From the NCBI GenBank assembly GCA_963740355.1, contig CAVUDW010000003.1, positions 2,016,001 through 2,080,000 on the forward strand: a stretch of 64,000 nucleotides of DNA, in the 5' to 3' direction. This document shows, in pieces, positions 10,107 to 20,629 of the stretch (positions within the stretch are counted from its first letter, which is position 1; each line of letters opens with the position of its first letter). The notes below the pieces were generated by a model. The model did not search any database. It worked only from the letters and a program-made list of their open reading frames with translations, and was not told the DNA's origin. Source of the DNA: an uncultured Gemmatimonadaceae bacterium. GTDB taxonomy: Bacteria; Gemmatimonadota; Gemmatimonadetes; Gemmatimonadales; Gemmatimonadaceae. The translations under genes were made by a program, and so were the position numbers.

Positions 10107-11960
10107 ATGCGCTCCAGCCACTGGTCCGCGTTCCTCTGCACGGTCGTCCTCACCGTCTCGGCCGCCGCCCAATCGACGCCCAAGGTCGAACTCGCCCAGT
10201 ATGCGAGGCGCGCCGCTGAGATCCCGATGCGCGATGGGGTCACGCTCCATACCGAGATCCTCATACCATCGGGCGTCGCGACACCGCTGCCCTTTCTCTT
10301 CCGACGCACCCCGTACGGCGCGCCCGACGTCACGCCGCAGGTGCTCTCGGGCGGGTACCGCGAGCTGGCCGAAGAGGGATACATCTTCGTGGTGCAGGAT
10401 ATCCGCGGGCGATACCGCTCCGGCGGCACTTTCGTGATGCAGCGCCCGCTCCGCCCGACCGACAGCCTCACCACCGGCATCGACGAAACCACCGACGCCT
10501 ACGACACCATCGAGTGGTTGCTGAAGAACATTCCCAACCACAACGGTCGCGTCGGCATGCTCGGCGTTTCGTACGATGGCTGGACCTCGGCGATGGCGAT
10601 GCTCGATCCGCACCCGGCGCTCAAGGCCGTCAGTGAGCAAGCATCGCCGGCCGACATGTTCATCGGCGACGACTTCCATCACAACGGCGCCTTTCGCTTG
10701 AGCTACGGTTTCGAGTACGCCTACATGACCGAAGCCACACACGAGAACAGCGAATACAAGTTCAACCCGACTGACACCTACGACTGGTACCTGCAGGTTG
10801 GCCCGCTGCGCAACATTCAAGCGCGTGTCATGCGCGACACGGTGTTGCCAAGCTGGCGTGATTTCTCGACGCACCCGAACTACGACACGTTCTGGCAGCG
10901 GCAGTCGATGCATCGCTCGCTGACGCGTGTCACCGTGCCGACGCTGAACGTGGCTGGCTGGTGGGATCAGGAAGACTTCTACGGCCCGGTGACGATCTAT
11001 CGCACGCTCGAGAAGCGCGATTCACTGAAGCGGAACACCCTCGTGATCGGTCCGTGGATTCACGGGTCGTGGGGCCGAGGCACCGGCGATTCACTCGATG
11101 CGATTTCATTCGGTTCGCCGACCGCCACCTACTATCGACAGAAGGTGCAGGCGCCGTTCTTCGCGTACTACCTGAAGGACACTGGCGCGCCGCCGATCAA
11201 GGAAGCGCTGGTCTTCGAATCGGGGAGCAATCAGTGGCGCGCCTTCGACACCTGGCCCGCGCCAGGCGCCGAAACCAAGTCACTATTTCTAAACGCGAAC
11301 GGCAAGCTGTCGTTCACCGCTCCAACTGCGTCGGGTGCCACGGCGGTCGATCGATTCGTGAGCAATCCGGCCAATCCAGTGCCGTATCGAAAACGGCCGA
11401 TCGAAGCGACCTATGCGTCGACGGGGTCGCGCTGGTACACCTGGCTGCTGCAGGACCAGCGGTTCCTCAATGACCGAAAGGATGTGTTGCGCTGGGTGAG
11501 CGAGCCGCTGACCGAGGATGTCGTGATCGCCGGCGACATCGCGGCCAAGTTGTTCGTCAGCACCACCGGTCAGGACGCTGACTGGGTCGTGAAGCTGATC
11601 GATGTCTACCCGAACACGGCCAGCGTGCCGGTCAAGAATCGCGGCTACCAGCTGATGGTGGCGAATGACGTCTTCCGCAGCCGCTTCCGCGAGTCGTTCG
11701 AAGTCCCGAAGCCACTCGAGCCGAACGCCGTCACCCCGATCACAATCGACCTGCACACGCAGAGTTATCGGTTCCTGAAGGGTCACCGGATCATGGTGCA
11801 TGTGCAGAGCACCTGGTTCCCCCTCATCGACCGGAATCCGCAGACCTGGGTGCCGAACATCTTCGATGCCACCGAGGCCGACTTCAAGGCGCAGACGCAT
11901 AGTGTCTGGCGGTCGGCTACGCAGGCGTCGCGGATCGAGATGCAGGTGGTGAAGCCGTAG
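10107..11960 (+). CDS. CocE/NonD family serine hydrolase (S15-like)
   Basis: RTPYG, QDIRGRYRSGG, GVSYDG nucleophile, GWWDQED, GPWIHG; signal peptide. Confidence 0.92.
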   Translation: MRSSHWSAFLCTVVLTVSAAAQSTPKVELAQYARRAAEIPMRDGVTLHTEILIPSGVATPLPFLFRRTPYGAPDVTPQVLSGGYRELAEEGYIFVVQDIRGRYRSGGTFVMQRPLRPTDSLTTGIDETTDAYDTIEWLLKNIPNHNGRVGMLGVSYDGWTSAMAMLDPHPALKAVSEQASPADMFIGDDFHHNGAFRLSYGFEYAYMTEATHENSEYKFNPTDTYDWYLQVGPLRNIQARVMRDTVLPSWRDFSTHPNYDTFWQRQSMHRSLTRVTVPTLNVAGWWDQEDFYGPVTIYRTLEKRDSLKRNTLVIGPWIHGSWGRGTGDSLDAISFGSPTATYYRQKVQAPFFAYYLKDTGAPPIKEALVFESGSNQWRAFDTWPAPGAETKSLFLNANGKLSFTAPTASGATAVDRFVSNPANPVPYRKRPIEATYASTGSRWYTWLLQDQRFLNDRKDVLRWVSEPLTEDVVIAGDIAAKLFVSTTGQDADWVVKLIDVYPNTASVPVKNRGYQLMVANDVFRSRFRESFEVPKPLEPNAVTPITIDLHTQSYRFLKGHRIMVHVQSTWFPLIDRNPQTWVPNIFDATEADFKAQTHSVWRSATQASRIEMQVVKP

Positions 11961-11964
11961 AGGC

Positions 11965-12307
11965 GGGGACACTGTATTCAGTGTCCCCGCCGTGCGTTCG
12001 CGCACAGCTGCCGGACAGCGGGGACACCGACAGATCGAGGTGGGGACACTGTATTCAGTGTCCCCGCCGTACGTTCGAGCACAGCTGCCGGACAACGGGG
12101 ACACCGACAGATCGAGGTGGGGACACTGTATTCAGTGTCCCCGCCGTGCGTTCGCGCACGGCTGCCGGACAGCGGGGACACCGAATACGGTGTCCCAACA
12201 GAACGCGTGCCATCGTCTGCCGGAGATTGGGGACACCGAATACGGTGTCCCCAATCGAAGCCGAATACGGTGTCCCCAATCGAAGCCGAACTCGGTGTCC
12301 CCAATCG
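11965..12307. repeat. Tandem array of palindromic REP-like units (ggggacac-N8-gtgtcccc)
   Basis: 77-bp units starting 11965, 12042, 12119, each with ggggacactgtattcagtgtcccc; then ggggacaccgaatacggtgtccc variants and ccgaatacggtgtccccaatcgaag repeats; fills gap between convergent genes. Confidence 0.9.
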
Positions 12308-12310
12308 CCA

Positions 12311-14872
12311 TCACCGATTCAGCCAGTACGCGAACTTCACCAGAAACGTGTTATCCGGGTGCAGACTGAACAGATCGCGATAATCCCGCGACCAGCTCTG
12401 GTTGAGATTTTCGCCCGATGACGCCTCGCGGCCATGTGCCCAGACGACGAACAGCGTCGAGCCGGGACGATACTCCCAGCGTGCCACGGCGTTGGTGCGC
12501 AACTGCACATAGCGGAAGGCTGTCGGTGAGCCGACCGGTGGCACGAACGGTGTGAAGCGATCGGCGAACGCCGCCGCGCGCGGGGTCGCGCTCAGCTCGC
12601 GCACATCGCTGTACGTGCCGGTGGTGACGAACGGCTGCCCGTAGAACTCGAACGTCAGGCTCGGGATCGCCGTGTAGTTGAAGCGAATGCTGGTCGAGAT
12701 GGTGCGTTGATCGAGGTGGGCAAAGGTGTAGTGCGTCACACCCTGCGCATCGGTGACGTTGTCGTACCACTGCGCATCGTCACTGTTGTCGCCGTAGTCG
12801 ACACCCACATTGAGTGCCATCCGCGTGGAGAGACGAAACACCACATACGGGCTGAAACTCGTGCCCGTCGTGCGGCCTTCATCGCGGCGCGAGAGGTTGA
12901 CGAAGAAGCCCGCCGAAATCGGCTTCCGGCTATCCGTGTTGATGCCGCCCCACGGGTAAAAGCCCCGAGATGCCCGAAGCACCGGCCCGCCGCGTGTGCA
13001 CCGATCACAATAGATCGCCGTCAAGCCGTCGATGGTCCCGCCGAGGTGTGCATCCCAGTTGTTGAGGAAGCCAAGATGCCCATTGAAGTTCACCGCGTTG
13101 CTCAGTCGCGTGCCGGCGGTGTTCCAGCGCTCCCAGTGATTGCCGTTCACCTGCGCCCAGCGGAAGTATTTGTTGGCATCGCGGAAGCTCAGTGCACCCC
13201 AAGTGCTCCAATCGGTCAGGTCCGCGCGTCGCAGGTATCCGAGGTCATTCACCTCGAAGCCCGATGACTGCCGCACGACGCTCGTCTCGAAGCGCGTGAT
13301 GCCGCCGCCGTATTTCCCAAACTTGAGTTGCCCTCCATAGCCTCCCAACGACGTGCGCGTGGTATCGAGCGCGGTGTTGCCATCGGGGCTCTGGAAATAG
13401 TGCACCGAGCTGCGCTGCACACGCGAGATCGCGTCGTCACTACCCGACACCTGTGATCCCGTGAACTGCGCAGCGAACTCATACTGCTTCTTGTGGAAGC
13501 GATTCCGGAACGTGAGGCCGCCGACATACGCCGACCGACTGAGGAAGGGAGTCGAAAGCGAATCGAGTGAGCGATTGACCGCTGTGCCGATCACGCTGAT
13601 GCTCGTCTCGCCGCCCCGTAGATCCTGTTGACCGCGCAAGACGGCATAGTTGCTGCCTGGCTCCACGGTGCGATCCTGCGGACCAGTCACACGTTGCGTG
13701 ACGGCGTCCAGGACACCGAACGAAAATCCAGACGAGGTGCGGCCAGTCAGCTTGGTCGCCAGCGCGATCGGCGTCGCGTTGGCTGTCCGTTCATCACCAT
13801 ACTGCCCGCGTAGCGACGGTGAACGCCCGATGCGCCGCGAGTAGAACAACCCTTCGTTGGTGCTGCAATCGACCACGATGTAGCAGTTGAGCTGGAACTG
13901 ATACAACCCGGTCCCTTCGACGAAGAACGGCCGCCGCTCGGCGAAAAAGTTCTCGAACGCCGAGAGGTTCAGCACTGCCGGATCCGCCTCGACCTGGCCG
14001 AAGTCGGGATTCACTGTGGCGTCGAGCGTGATGTTGGGCGTGATGCCGAGTTTGACGTCGGCGCCCAGCGTCAGCTTCTGGTTACGGCCGAATCCGTCGG
14101 GCTTGATGCGCTGCTCGTTCTTCGTCACGGCGTAAGGCGTGACCTCGATGTGTCGAGCACTGGTGATGCCATCCAGCCCAGCCAGCCGGCCAAGCTGCGA
14201 CGAGAGACCGTTGCGCACCGGGGAATACTCCGGCCACGCATCACGCTCATTCAGCCGCTCGATGTCGCGCCAGATGCCGAACCCAAAGGTGTGATTGCCA
14301 CTGCCGGCATACCGGAGCTGCGACAGCGGAACGCGAAACTCGGCCGTCCATCCTCGATCATCAACCTTGGTGGCCACATCCCAGATGCCATTCCACGAGT
14401 CGTCTTCATCCGAGTCGTTGCTGATCGAGTAGTCGCGCTTCACCCCATCCGGGTTGACGGCCATCTGGAAGCCCGACCGTTTGTCGTCATAGCTGTCGAT
14501 GATGATCTTGACCTGATCCGACGGCCCGCGCACATCGCGCCGCGACAACGCATGCATGATGCTGTCCGGATGCGGATCGTGCATGCGCGCGAAGACGTAG
14601 AGATTCTTCGCATCATAGGCGACGCGGAACTCGGTGCGGAAGGTCGCGTCGCCGTTGACCTTGGGCGAGAACTGCCGAAAGTCGGAGACGGTGCTGGCGG
14701 TGCGCCAGACCGCGTCGTCGTCCTTTCCGTCGATGGTCGGCGCCTGAGCAGCGTGCGCAGCGGCAACGGTGGCGGCAGCAGGTGCTGACGGACGCGGTGT
14801 GGGCTGCGTGCTATTTGCAGGTGCGCCCACTTCCTGGAAAGCGGCAAGCAGGGCAAGCATTGGGAACAACAC
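12311..14872 (-). CDS. DUF5916 outer-membrane protein with N-terminal CBM9-like domain
   Basis: APTIDG..W, VAYDAKNLYV, GWTAEFRVP, DATVNPDFGQVEAD, ERRPFFVEG, FYSRRIGR; GTG start with GAGGAG RBS. Confidence 0.88.
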   Translation of the reverse strand: MLFPMLALLAAFQEVGAPANSTQPTPRPSAPAAATVAAAHAAQAPTIDGKDDDAVWRTASTVSDFRQFSPKVNGDATFRTEFRVAYDAKNLYVFARMHDPHPDSIMHALSRRDVRGPSDQVKIIIDSYDDKRSGFQMAVNPDGVKRDYSISNDSDEDDSWNGIWDVATKVDDRGWTAEFRVPLSQLRYAGSGNHTFGFGIWRDIERLNERDAWPEYSPVRNGLSSQLGRLAGLDGITSARHIEVTPYAVTKNEQRIKPDGFGRNQKLTLGADVKLGITPNITLDATVNPDFGQVEADPAVLNLSAFENFFAERRPFFVEGTGLYQFQLNCYIVVDCSTNEGLFYSRRIGRSPSLRGQYGDERTANATPIALATKLTGRTSSGFSFGVLDAVTQRVTGPQDRTVEPGSNYAVLRGQQDLRGGETSISVIGTAVNRSLDSLSTPFLSRSAYVGGLTFRNRFHKKQYEFAAQFTGSQVSGSDDAISRVQRSSVHYFQSPDGNTALDTTRTSLGGYGGQLKFGKYGGGITRFETSVVRQSSGFEVNDLGYLRRADLTDWSTWGALSFRDANKYFRWAQVNGNHWERWNTAGTRLSNAVNFNGHLGFLNNWDAHLGGTIDGLTAIYCDRCTRGGPVLRASRGFYPWGGINTDSRKPISAGFFVNLSRRDEGRTTGTSFSPYVVFRLSTRMALNVGVDYGDNSDDAQWYDNVTDAQGVTHYTFAHLDQRTISTSIRFNYTAIPSLTFEFYGQPFVTTGTYSDVRELSATPRAAAFADRFTPFVPPVGSPTAFRYVQLRTNAVARWEYRPGSTLFVVWAHGREASSGENLNQSWSRDYRDLFSLHPDNTFLVKFAYWLNR

Positions 14873-15048
14873 GCGCGACTCCTCAGGCTGGGTGTACGCC
14901 TGAGACGTAAGTGCACGTGAAATGGTTGCAATCGAGATTCGCGCGTAACGGCCGAGCATTCTTCACGCGCCGCAGGTGTGTCAGAACGACGCGGCTCCGG
15001 AATGCTGGAGCGATCGGGCCGCGGCGCGCTACTCTACTTCACGCTGCT

Positions 15049-15570
15049 CTACTTCGCGCTGGCTGCGGGCCCGATCTCGAAGCCGCGTTCCGGCTTCGTG
15101 CGATCGTAGCGCAAACGCAGTGTCGTCTGCTCGGGCCGCATCACCATGTACTTGAGACTGATGGCCTCGTCGGTGATCTGCAGCGGCTCGAGGATCTCAC
15201 TGTCCGTCCAGCACGATGCCACCAGCTGCGACTGGCTCTGCTCGATCCGCCAATTGAAAAGCCGCAGCCAGACGATCCCGGTTTCCACGCCGGCGCCGCA
15301 CTGACCCGCACCAAGTCCGTTGCGTTTTGAGGGACCGCTCACGATCAACAGCAGGTAGGTCAGCGCCCCAATGTTCTGTGAATCGATGACCTCGACCGTG
15401 TCCATGTCCACCTTCACCGACGCCGGCAGCTGGATGCGATGCCGTACATGCTGATCGGTGATCGACAGGACCGCGCCCGCTCCGGAGACCCGCGCAGCGC
15501 GCTGGGCGCACGCGCCTGACGCGCTGAGCACCGTCACCAGCGCAACGGCCGCTCTCCGCAGGCGGCGCAT
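15049..15570 (-). CDS. Hypothetical exported protein
   Basis: Signal-like N-terminus; QCGAGVE and ASC cysteines; co-oriented with neighbours. Confidence 0.6.
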   Translation of the reverse strand: MRRLRRAAVALVTVLSASGACAQRAARVSGAGAVLSITDQHVRHRIQLPASVKVDMDTVEVIDSQNIGALTYLLLIVSGPSKRNGLGAGQCGAGVETGIVWLRLFNWRIEQSQSQLVASCWTDSEILEPLQITDEAISLKYMVMRPEQTTLRLRYDRTKPERGFEIGPAASAK

Positions 15571-15580
15571 GTCGAGTCGC

Positions 15581-16696
15581 TCAGGAACCACCGCCGACCT
15601 TTTCGCCGGCGAGGAAGCGACTGATCGCCTGATTGAGAAACGCCTTGTCCGCTGGATTTGCGCCGGCACCCGCCGGATGACCCCAGAGCGACGGAATCGG
15701 CAGCAACGTCACGTGCGGAATGAACTGCGCTTCGTATCGAGCATCGCCGACCGGGAAATAGAGATCGGTTTCCGACGGCATGTACAGCACCTGTGCAGTG
15801 ATCGACTTCAGTGCACGCTCGACATCGCCGTTGAACCCTGGCGTGGTGCCGACGTCATGCCGCTCCCACGTGTGGGCCTGCAGGATGTAGTTGTTGGCGT
15901 CAGCGCTGAAGCGCGTGCGGAAGCCGTTCATGTATTGCTCGAAGGTGGTGCCCGGCGCGCTGGCGGAGCGCCACAGTTCTCGGCGCCACCATTCCTGCGA
16001 ATACAACCAGGCCGCCCACACCATGCCGAACGCCGCCAATCCCTGCTTCGGCGGCGACGCGTAGTCGCCGCCGTGGAAGGTCGAATCGGCCGTCAGCGCC
16101 GCGATCTGTCCTTCGAGGCGTACGATACCGTGCCCGTAGGTCTTGGCCGTTCCGGACGTCGCCACGATGCGATCGGCGAACGACGGATAACTCACCGCCC
16201 ACTGGAACGCCTGCTGCGCCCCCATCGAGAAGCCGATCACGGCGCGCAGGTGGGTGACTTTCAGATCCTCCATTAGCAGTCGATGGACCGCCTCGACATT
16301 GTCGCGGATACTCGTCACGGGGAATCGTGGGCCGTGGAATGGCTCCGGCGTATTGCTCGGTGACGACGACGATCCGTTCCCGAACAGCTCAGTCGCCACC
16401 AGGAATAACTTCGTCGTGTCGAGCGCCAGACCGGGGCCGATCAGCCATTCGTAGCCGTGATGATTTGCCATGTAGTGCGACGGCAGCAGCACGACGTTGT
16501 CGCGGGCCGCATTCAGGTGGCCGTACGTGCCATACACCACGCGCGCCGACGGCAGCGTGACACCGCCCTCGGTGCGGAAGTTCGCGATCGTGAATTCACG
16601 GTGCTCGGCGCGATCCACGCGCGCGGGTGTGCCCTGGGCGCGTGCGGTGACAGCGCAGAGGAGCAGCAGTGCAGGCAGCAGACAGCGACGCGACAT
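15581..16696 (-). CDS. Alpha/beta hydrolase, homoserine O-acetyltransferase-like, with signal peptide
   Basis: YGTYGHLN, GNGSSSSPSN, GFSMGAQQ, TDLYF, WGH catalytic motifs. Confidence 0.85.
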   Translation of the reverse strand: MSRRCLLPALLLLCAVTARAQGTPARVDRAEHREFTIANFRTEGGVTLPSARVVYGTYGHLNAARDNVVLLPSHYMANHHGYEWLIGPGLALDTTKLFLVATELFGNGSSSSPSNTPEPFHGPRFPVTSIRDNVEAVHRLLMEDLKVTHLRAVIGFSMGAQQAFQWAVSYPSFADRIVATSGTAKTYGHGIVRLEGQIAALTADSTFHGGDYASPPKQGLAAFGMVWAAWLYSQEWWRRELWRSASAPGTTFEQYMNGFRTRFSADANNYILQAHTWERHDVGTTPGFNGDVERALKSITAQVLYMPSETDLYFPVGDARYEAQFIPHVTLLPIPSLWGHPAGAGANPADKAFLNQAISRFLAGEKVGGGS

Positions 16697-16962
16697 TCCG
16701 GACCGGGGCAATGGGGAGAGCTATGTGACTCGGCCACCGAGACACGTGGCTCAAGAATGCCGCTTGCCACATGCTGCTGCAACCGCGCTAATTATGTGAA
16801 ACGCGAGAGCCCTCACCCACGATCCCGGTCCACGATGCACGTGCTCCCCACGCTGGCTCTTGGGCTGGCCGCAACGTCGTCGCCTCACGTTGCCCGGACG
16901 GCGGCACGTCCACAACGCCCGCGACCGGCGTCGCTGGCGTTGATCGGGGAGCTTGACCGCGG

Positions 16963-18648
16963 ATGATTGCGGCCGATTCGTCACTCGACACACTACGCGA
17001 CGCCCTACGGGGCCGGTTCGCCATCGACAGGCTGCTGGGGCGTGGAGGCATGGGTGCGGTCTACCTCGCACGCGACATCGAGCTCGATCGTTCGGTGGCG
17101 ATCAAGGTGTTGCCGCAGGAGTTCGCGACAGTACCTGACTTGCGTGAACGCTTCCTGCGCGAGACGCGAACCGCCGCCAGTTTTTCGCACCCGAATATCG
17201 TGCCGGTCTTCGGCATCGAGGATCGCCCGGGACTTTTGGCGTTCGCGATGGGGTATGTCGAGGGTGAGAGCGTCGCGGATCGCGTGAAGCGCAGCGGCCC
17301 AATGAGCGTGAAGGAGATCGTGCGGCTGTTGCAGGATGTCGGCTACGCGCTGGCCTATGCTCACGGGCGCGGTGTCGTGCATCGCGACATCAAGCCCGAT
17401 AACATCATGCTCGAGCGCGCCACTGGCCGCGCGTTGCTGATGGACTTCGGTATCTCACGAACGATCACCACGCAGACTGTCGTGCAAGGATTGACGCGGG
17501 TCGGCGAGGTAGTTGGCACACCGGAGTTCATGAGCCCTGAACAGGCGGCGGGCGACGAACTGAGTGGACGCAGCGACCTGTACTCACTCGGGCTTGTGGC
17601 GTGGTTCGCGGCGACGGGCAAACTGGCCATCAGCGGCGAGAGCACACAGAAGATCATCGTTCGACAGATCACCGAGACGATTCCACCGATTGGCGAGCAG
17701 CGCGCCGACCTGCCAGCGCCCTTGGCCGCGGCAATCGACCGCTGCTTACGCAAGGATCCGGATGAGCGCTTCGCCAGCGCGGAAGCGCTGGTCGATACGC
17801 TCGACGCGGCGCAGGTCGTTGCGCCGGAGGTGCCACTGCCGATCCGGGTCTTCGGCGAGGAGGCAGCGACTGCAGGACTGGTGCTGTTGGGCGGCACGGT
17901 GATAGGCGTGCTTTTCTACTTTTTCCTGACCGCCAGGTTTCAGTGGGACCTGGAAGTCATCCTGCCGGTCGTGTTGTTCGGCGCCGTGGTCTGGGCGCGA
18001 CTGGCGCAGACGGTCCAGATGGCGCGGCGTCTCGCGCTGCGCGGATTCGGCGTGGCAGAGGTCCAGCGCGGGTTGGCCACGATACTCGACGACCACGATG
18101 CCGACCGGGCACAGTTGCGCGCGGATGCGACAATAGTTGCGCGTCGTCGCAAGCAGATCGGGATCCTGGCCGTGCTGCTTGCGAGCACGTGGATCATGGA
18201 GTGGTACGTGCGCAGTTTCCAGCGTACGCTGATCGAACCCGGGGTATTCCGGGTGTCGCGTCCCGGCGTGGTGATGCTCTACTCTGCCAATATCACGCGC
18301 GGGATGGCGATCGTCGGCTTGGTACGCAGCCCGCTGCGTCGGTCCATCGGCGAGCGGATCTTTCGTCTCTTCTGGCTTGGCTGGCCTGGTCGCCTGGTGC
18401 TGCAGTTGTCGCGGCGCGGCGTGCCTTCCGTGCGATCGGGCGGTGTCACGTTGCCGCGTGCGCTGACGCCGGCGCTCGCGAGTCCTGCCGTGATTGCGTC
18501 AAACAGTTTGATCAGACCGACTGGATCGGCCGAGCCCAACGCCGAAATTGCGCCGGTGCGAGAGGGAACGACGATCGAGTCGCGTATGACCGATCTCGAG
18601 ACGCGGGTTCATGTACTCGAGCAGCAGAATCGCGCCATCGAAGGTTGA
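16963..18648 (+). CDS. Hanks-type Ser/Thr kinase with C-terminal TM segments
   Basis: LGRGGMG, VAIK, HRDIKPDN, DFG, TPEFMSPEQ; hydrophobic C-terminal segments. Confidence 0.92.
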   Translation: MIAADSSLDTLRDALRGRFAIDRLLGRGGMGAVYLARDIELDRSVAIKVLPQEFATVPDLRERFLRETRTAASFSHPNIVPVFGIEDRPGLLAFAMGYVEGESVADRVKRSGPMSVKEIVRLLQDVGYALAYAHGRGVVHRDIKPDNIMLERATGRALLMDFGISRTITTQTVVQGLTRVGEVVGTPEFMSPEQAAGDELSGRSDLYSLGLVAWFAATGKLAISGESTQKIIVRQITETIPPIGEQRADLPAPLAAAIDRCLRKDPDERFASAEALVDTLDAAQVVAPEVPLPIRVFGEEAATAGLVLLGGTVIGVLFYFFLTARFQWDLEVILPVVLFGAVVWARLAQTVQMARRLALRGFGVAEVQRGLATILDDHDADRAQLRADATIVARRRKQIGILAVLLASTWIMEWYVRSFQRTLIEPGVFRVSRPGVVMLYSANITRGMAIVGLVRSPLRRSIGERIFRLFWLGWPGRLVLQLSRRGVPSVRSGGVTLPRALTPALASPAVIASNSLIRPTGSAEPNAEIAPVREGTTIESRMTDLETRVHVLEQQNRAIEG

Positions 18649-18787
18649 CCCGATGCGCCGGCGCGAGGGCTGCTGGTCAATGAGAGCCATCGCGTTGAGA
18701 CATGCGATCCGTTGCGTCGGTCGGCGTCCGCTCAGCTGAAGCGTCGACCCACAGGTGGCGTCTACCGTCTCGAGGATGGACGCCCCT

Positions 18788-19240
18788 TCACCGCCCAGCC
18801 GCCGGAAACTTCGTCTTGAACGTGAACGCCGCCGGCGACGGCCCCTCGGCTCTCAACAGCTCCAGCCGCTCCAACCCCTCCTCGATCGTCGGGATGTGAC
18901 CGAACGGGATCCACCACAACACCAGCGTCGCGTCGCCCATCCGCTCGAACCATTCGCGACGCCGTGACATCACCGCGGCGTGCGCGGTGCGGTATGTGAA
19001 GTCGTGTAACGCGGGAATATTCTCCCACACCGAAAAATTGACGATCACGCGATCGTCGTCGAATGGACGGAGCTCGGTGGCGTCACCCTCGTCGGTCTGC
19101 AGCCGCCAGACGAAGCCCGGCGCATCATCAGCCAGGGCATTGATCACGTCCAGCTGTGCGACGAAGTCCGCCACTTCAGGTGAGTCGAGCGGCGCCAGCA
19201 ACCGGCCAACGTTCAACTGCGCGATGTGGTGCGAAGGCAT
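18788..19240 (-). CDS. DUF3291 domain protein
   Basis: HIAQLNVG, APGFVWRL, NFSVWE, RRREWF, VLWW, GPSPAAFTF. Confidence 0.88.
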   Translation of the reverse strand: MPSHHIAQLNVGRLLAPLDSPEVADFVAQLDVINALADDAPGFVWRLQTDEGDATELRPFDDDRVIVNFSVWENIPALHDFTYRTAHAAVMSRRREWFERMGDATLVLWWIPFGHIPTIEEGLERLELLRAEGPSPAAFTFKTKFPAAGR

Positions 19241-19330
19241 GATCGAGGGATGCGGGACAGGAGCGTCGATCGCGTCTCAGCGCGGGCCCCGCGCGGAATC
19301 CCGCGCAGAGAGCTTCAACTGGTCACCGGA

Positions 19331-19945
19331 TCACGGCTTCGTCAACCTCGCGATCTGCCGATCCTGCCACCGCGCAAAGAGCACCATCGCCACCACGGCG
19401 CCCAGGAACGCCATGCCCATGTCGCTCTGGGTGTCCCACGGGTCGCCCTGTGTGCCAAGGAACGCGTCGGCTCCCTGCCCGAGCGCGACGGCTGCACCCC
19501 ACTCGATCAGCTCGTAGATCAGGCTCACCGATAGCGCGATGGCCACGGCCAGCACCGCTGGCCAACGCCCGGGCCGCACGATCCCCTGGCGGATGAAGAT
19601 CTCCCGCGCCACCAGCGCCGGCACGAACCCCTGTGCGAAGTGCCCCAGCTTGTCGTACGGATTGCGCGACAGGTGAAACGCGTCCTGCACCCAGAAACCG
19701 AGCGGCACACGGGCGTAGGTGTACGCGCCTCCGACCAGCAGGATCACGGCGTGGCAGGCGATCAGCACATAGAGGAGCGAAGTGAGCGGGAACGACTTCC
19801 GCGTCAGCCAGAGCACAGGCGCCGCGATGAAGATCGGCGCGACCTCCATGTACCAGGTCGAGCGTTCGTACGGTTGGAGGCCCGACACGACGAGCAATCC
19901 CAGCACCGCCAGGCCAAGCCAAAGCAGCCATTTCCGATCATTCAT
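19331..19945 (-). CDS. DUF2238 (YjdF-like) membrane protein
   Basis: TWYME, GGAYTYARVP, RNPYDKLGH, YELIEW, FLGTQGDPWDTQSDM. Confidence 0.9.
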   Translation of the reverse strand: MNDRKWLLWLGLAVLGLLVVSGLQPYERSTWYMEVAPIFIAAPVLWLTRKSFPLTSLLYVLIACHAVILLVGGAYTYARVPLGFWVQDAFHLSRNPYDKLGHFAQGFVPALVAREIFIRQGIVRPGRWPAVLAVAIALSVSLIYELIEWGAAVALGQGADAFLGTQGDPWDTQSDMGMAFLGAVVAMVLFARWQDRQIARLTKP

Positions 19946-20065
19946 GCGGTTTGGCACTTGGGTGTGAATCGTTCACGACGTGGTCTGCGCCTCGCACACC
20001 GGAACGACGGCGGAGGGACGCATCCGTCACGGCGTGTTGCTACAGGTCGATCGACGGACGGCGGC

Positions 20066-20629
20066 TTACTGGACCAGTGAGGTGGACGGCCAGAGGCGAT
20101 CTCGTCGCGCCAGCGCTTCGAGGATTCGCAGCGCCGTTCCCAGGTTCGGATTCCAGCTGGTCTCGAAGAATGTGCGCCAGTGCCACAGGCCAAACGCGAT
20201 CCCCTGTGTCTCGGCCGACGACAGCCCGGCGCGCAAATCCTGGTGGATTGCGGCCAACGCCTGAGCCAACGACACCGGAATCACCTCCGGCGTCGACTCC
20301 GTCAGCACCGCGATGTCGAATGACTCATCATCGCGACCGAGCTGTTTCGCCAGCGACCGGCGCAACGCCTCGCGCTGCTCCAGGGTGATCAACGGTCGAC
20401 GTCCGCTGCCGTCGGGAATCGGCACATTCTCTTCGACCTCGTCACCCTCCGCCGGCATCAAGGCATCCCGATCCGGCAGCTCCAGCACCGCGGCGTAGAG
20501 GCGCACCAGATGGCGATGCACGCGCACGATCAGCCCACGTGCACTGATCGCATCATGCGCATCGAGCAAATCGCAAAACTGCTCGGCCTCAGCCATGAAG
20601 GCGAGCAGGCGCGGATCGATGATGGGCAT
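20066..20629 (-). CDS. DUF5063-like protein
   Basis: SLAQALAAIHQDL, LWHWRTFFETSW pattern. Confidence 0.6.
   Translation of the reverse strand: MPIIDPRLLAFMAEAEQFCDLLDAHDAISARGLIVRVHRHLVRLYAAVLELPDRDALMPAEGDEVEENVPIPDGSGRRPLITLEQREALRRSLAKQLGRDDESFDIAVLTESTPEVIPVSLAQALAAIHQDLRAGLSSAETQGIAFGLWHWRTFFETSWNPNLGTALRILEALARRDRLWPSTSLVQ

Noticed and set aside
11965..12307. Palindromic repeats as a CRISPR array or as coding ORFs
   Set aside because: Intervening sequences are near-identical rather than unique spacers; no cas genes; ORFs here are repeat-derived in several frames
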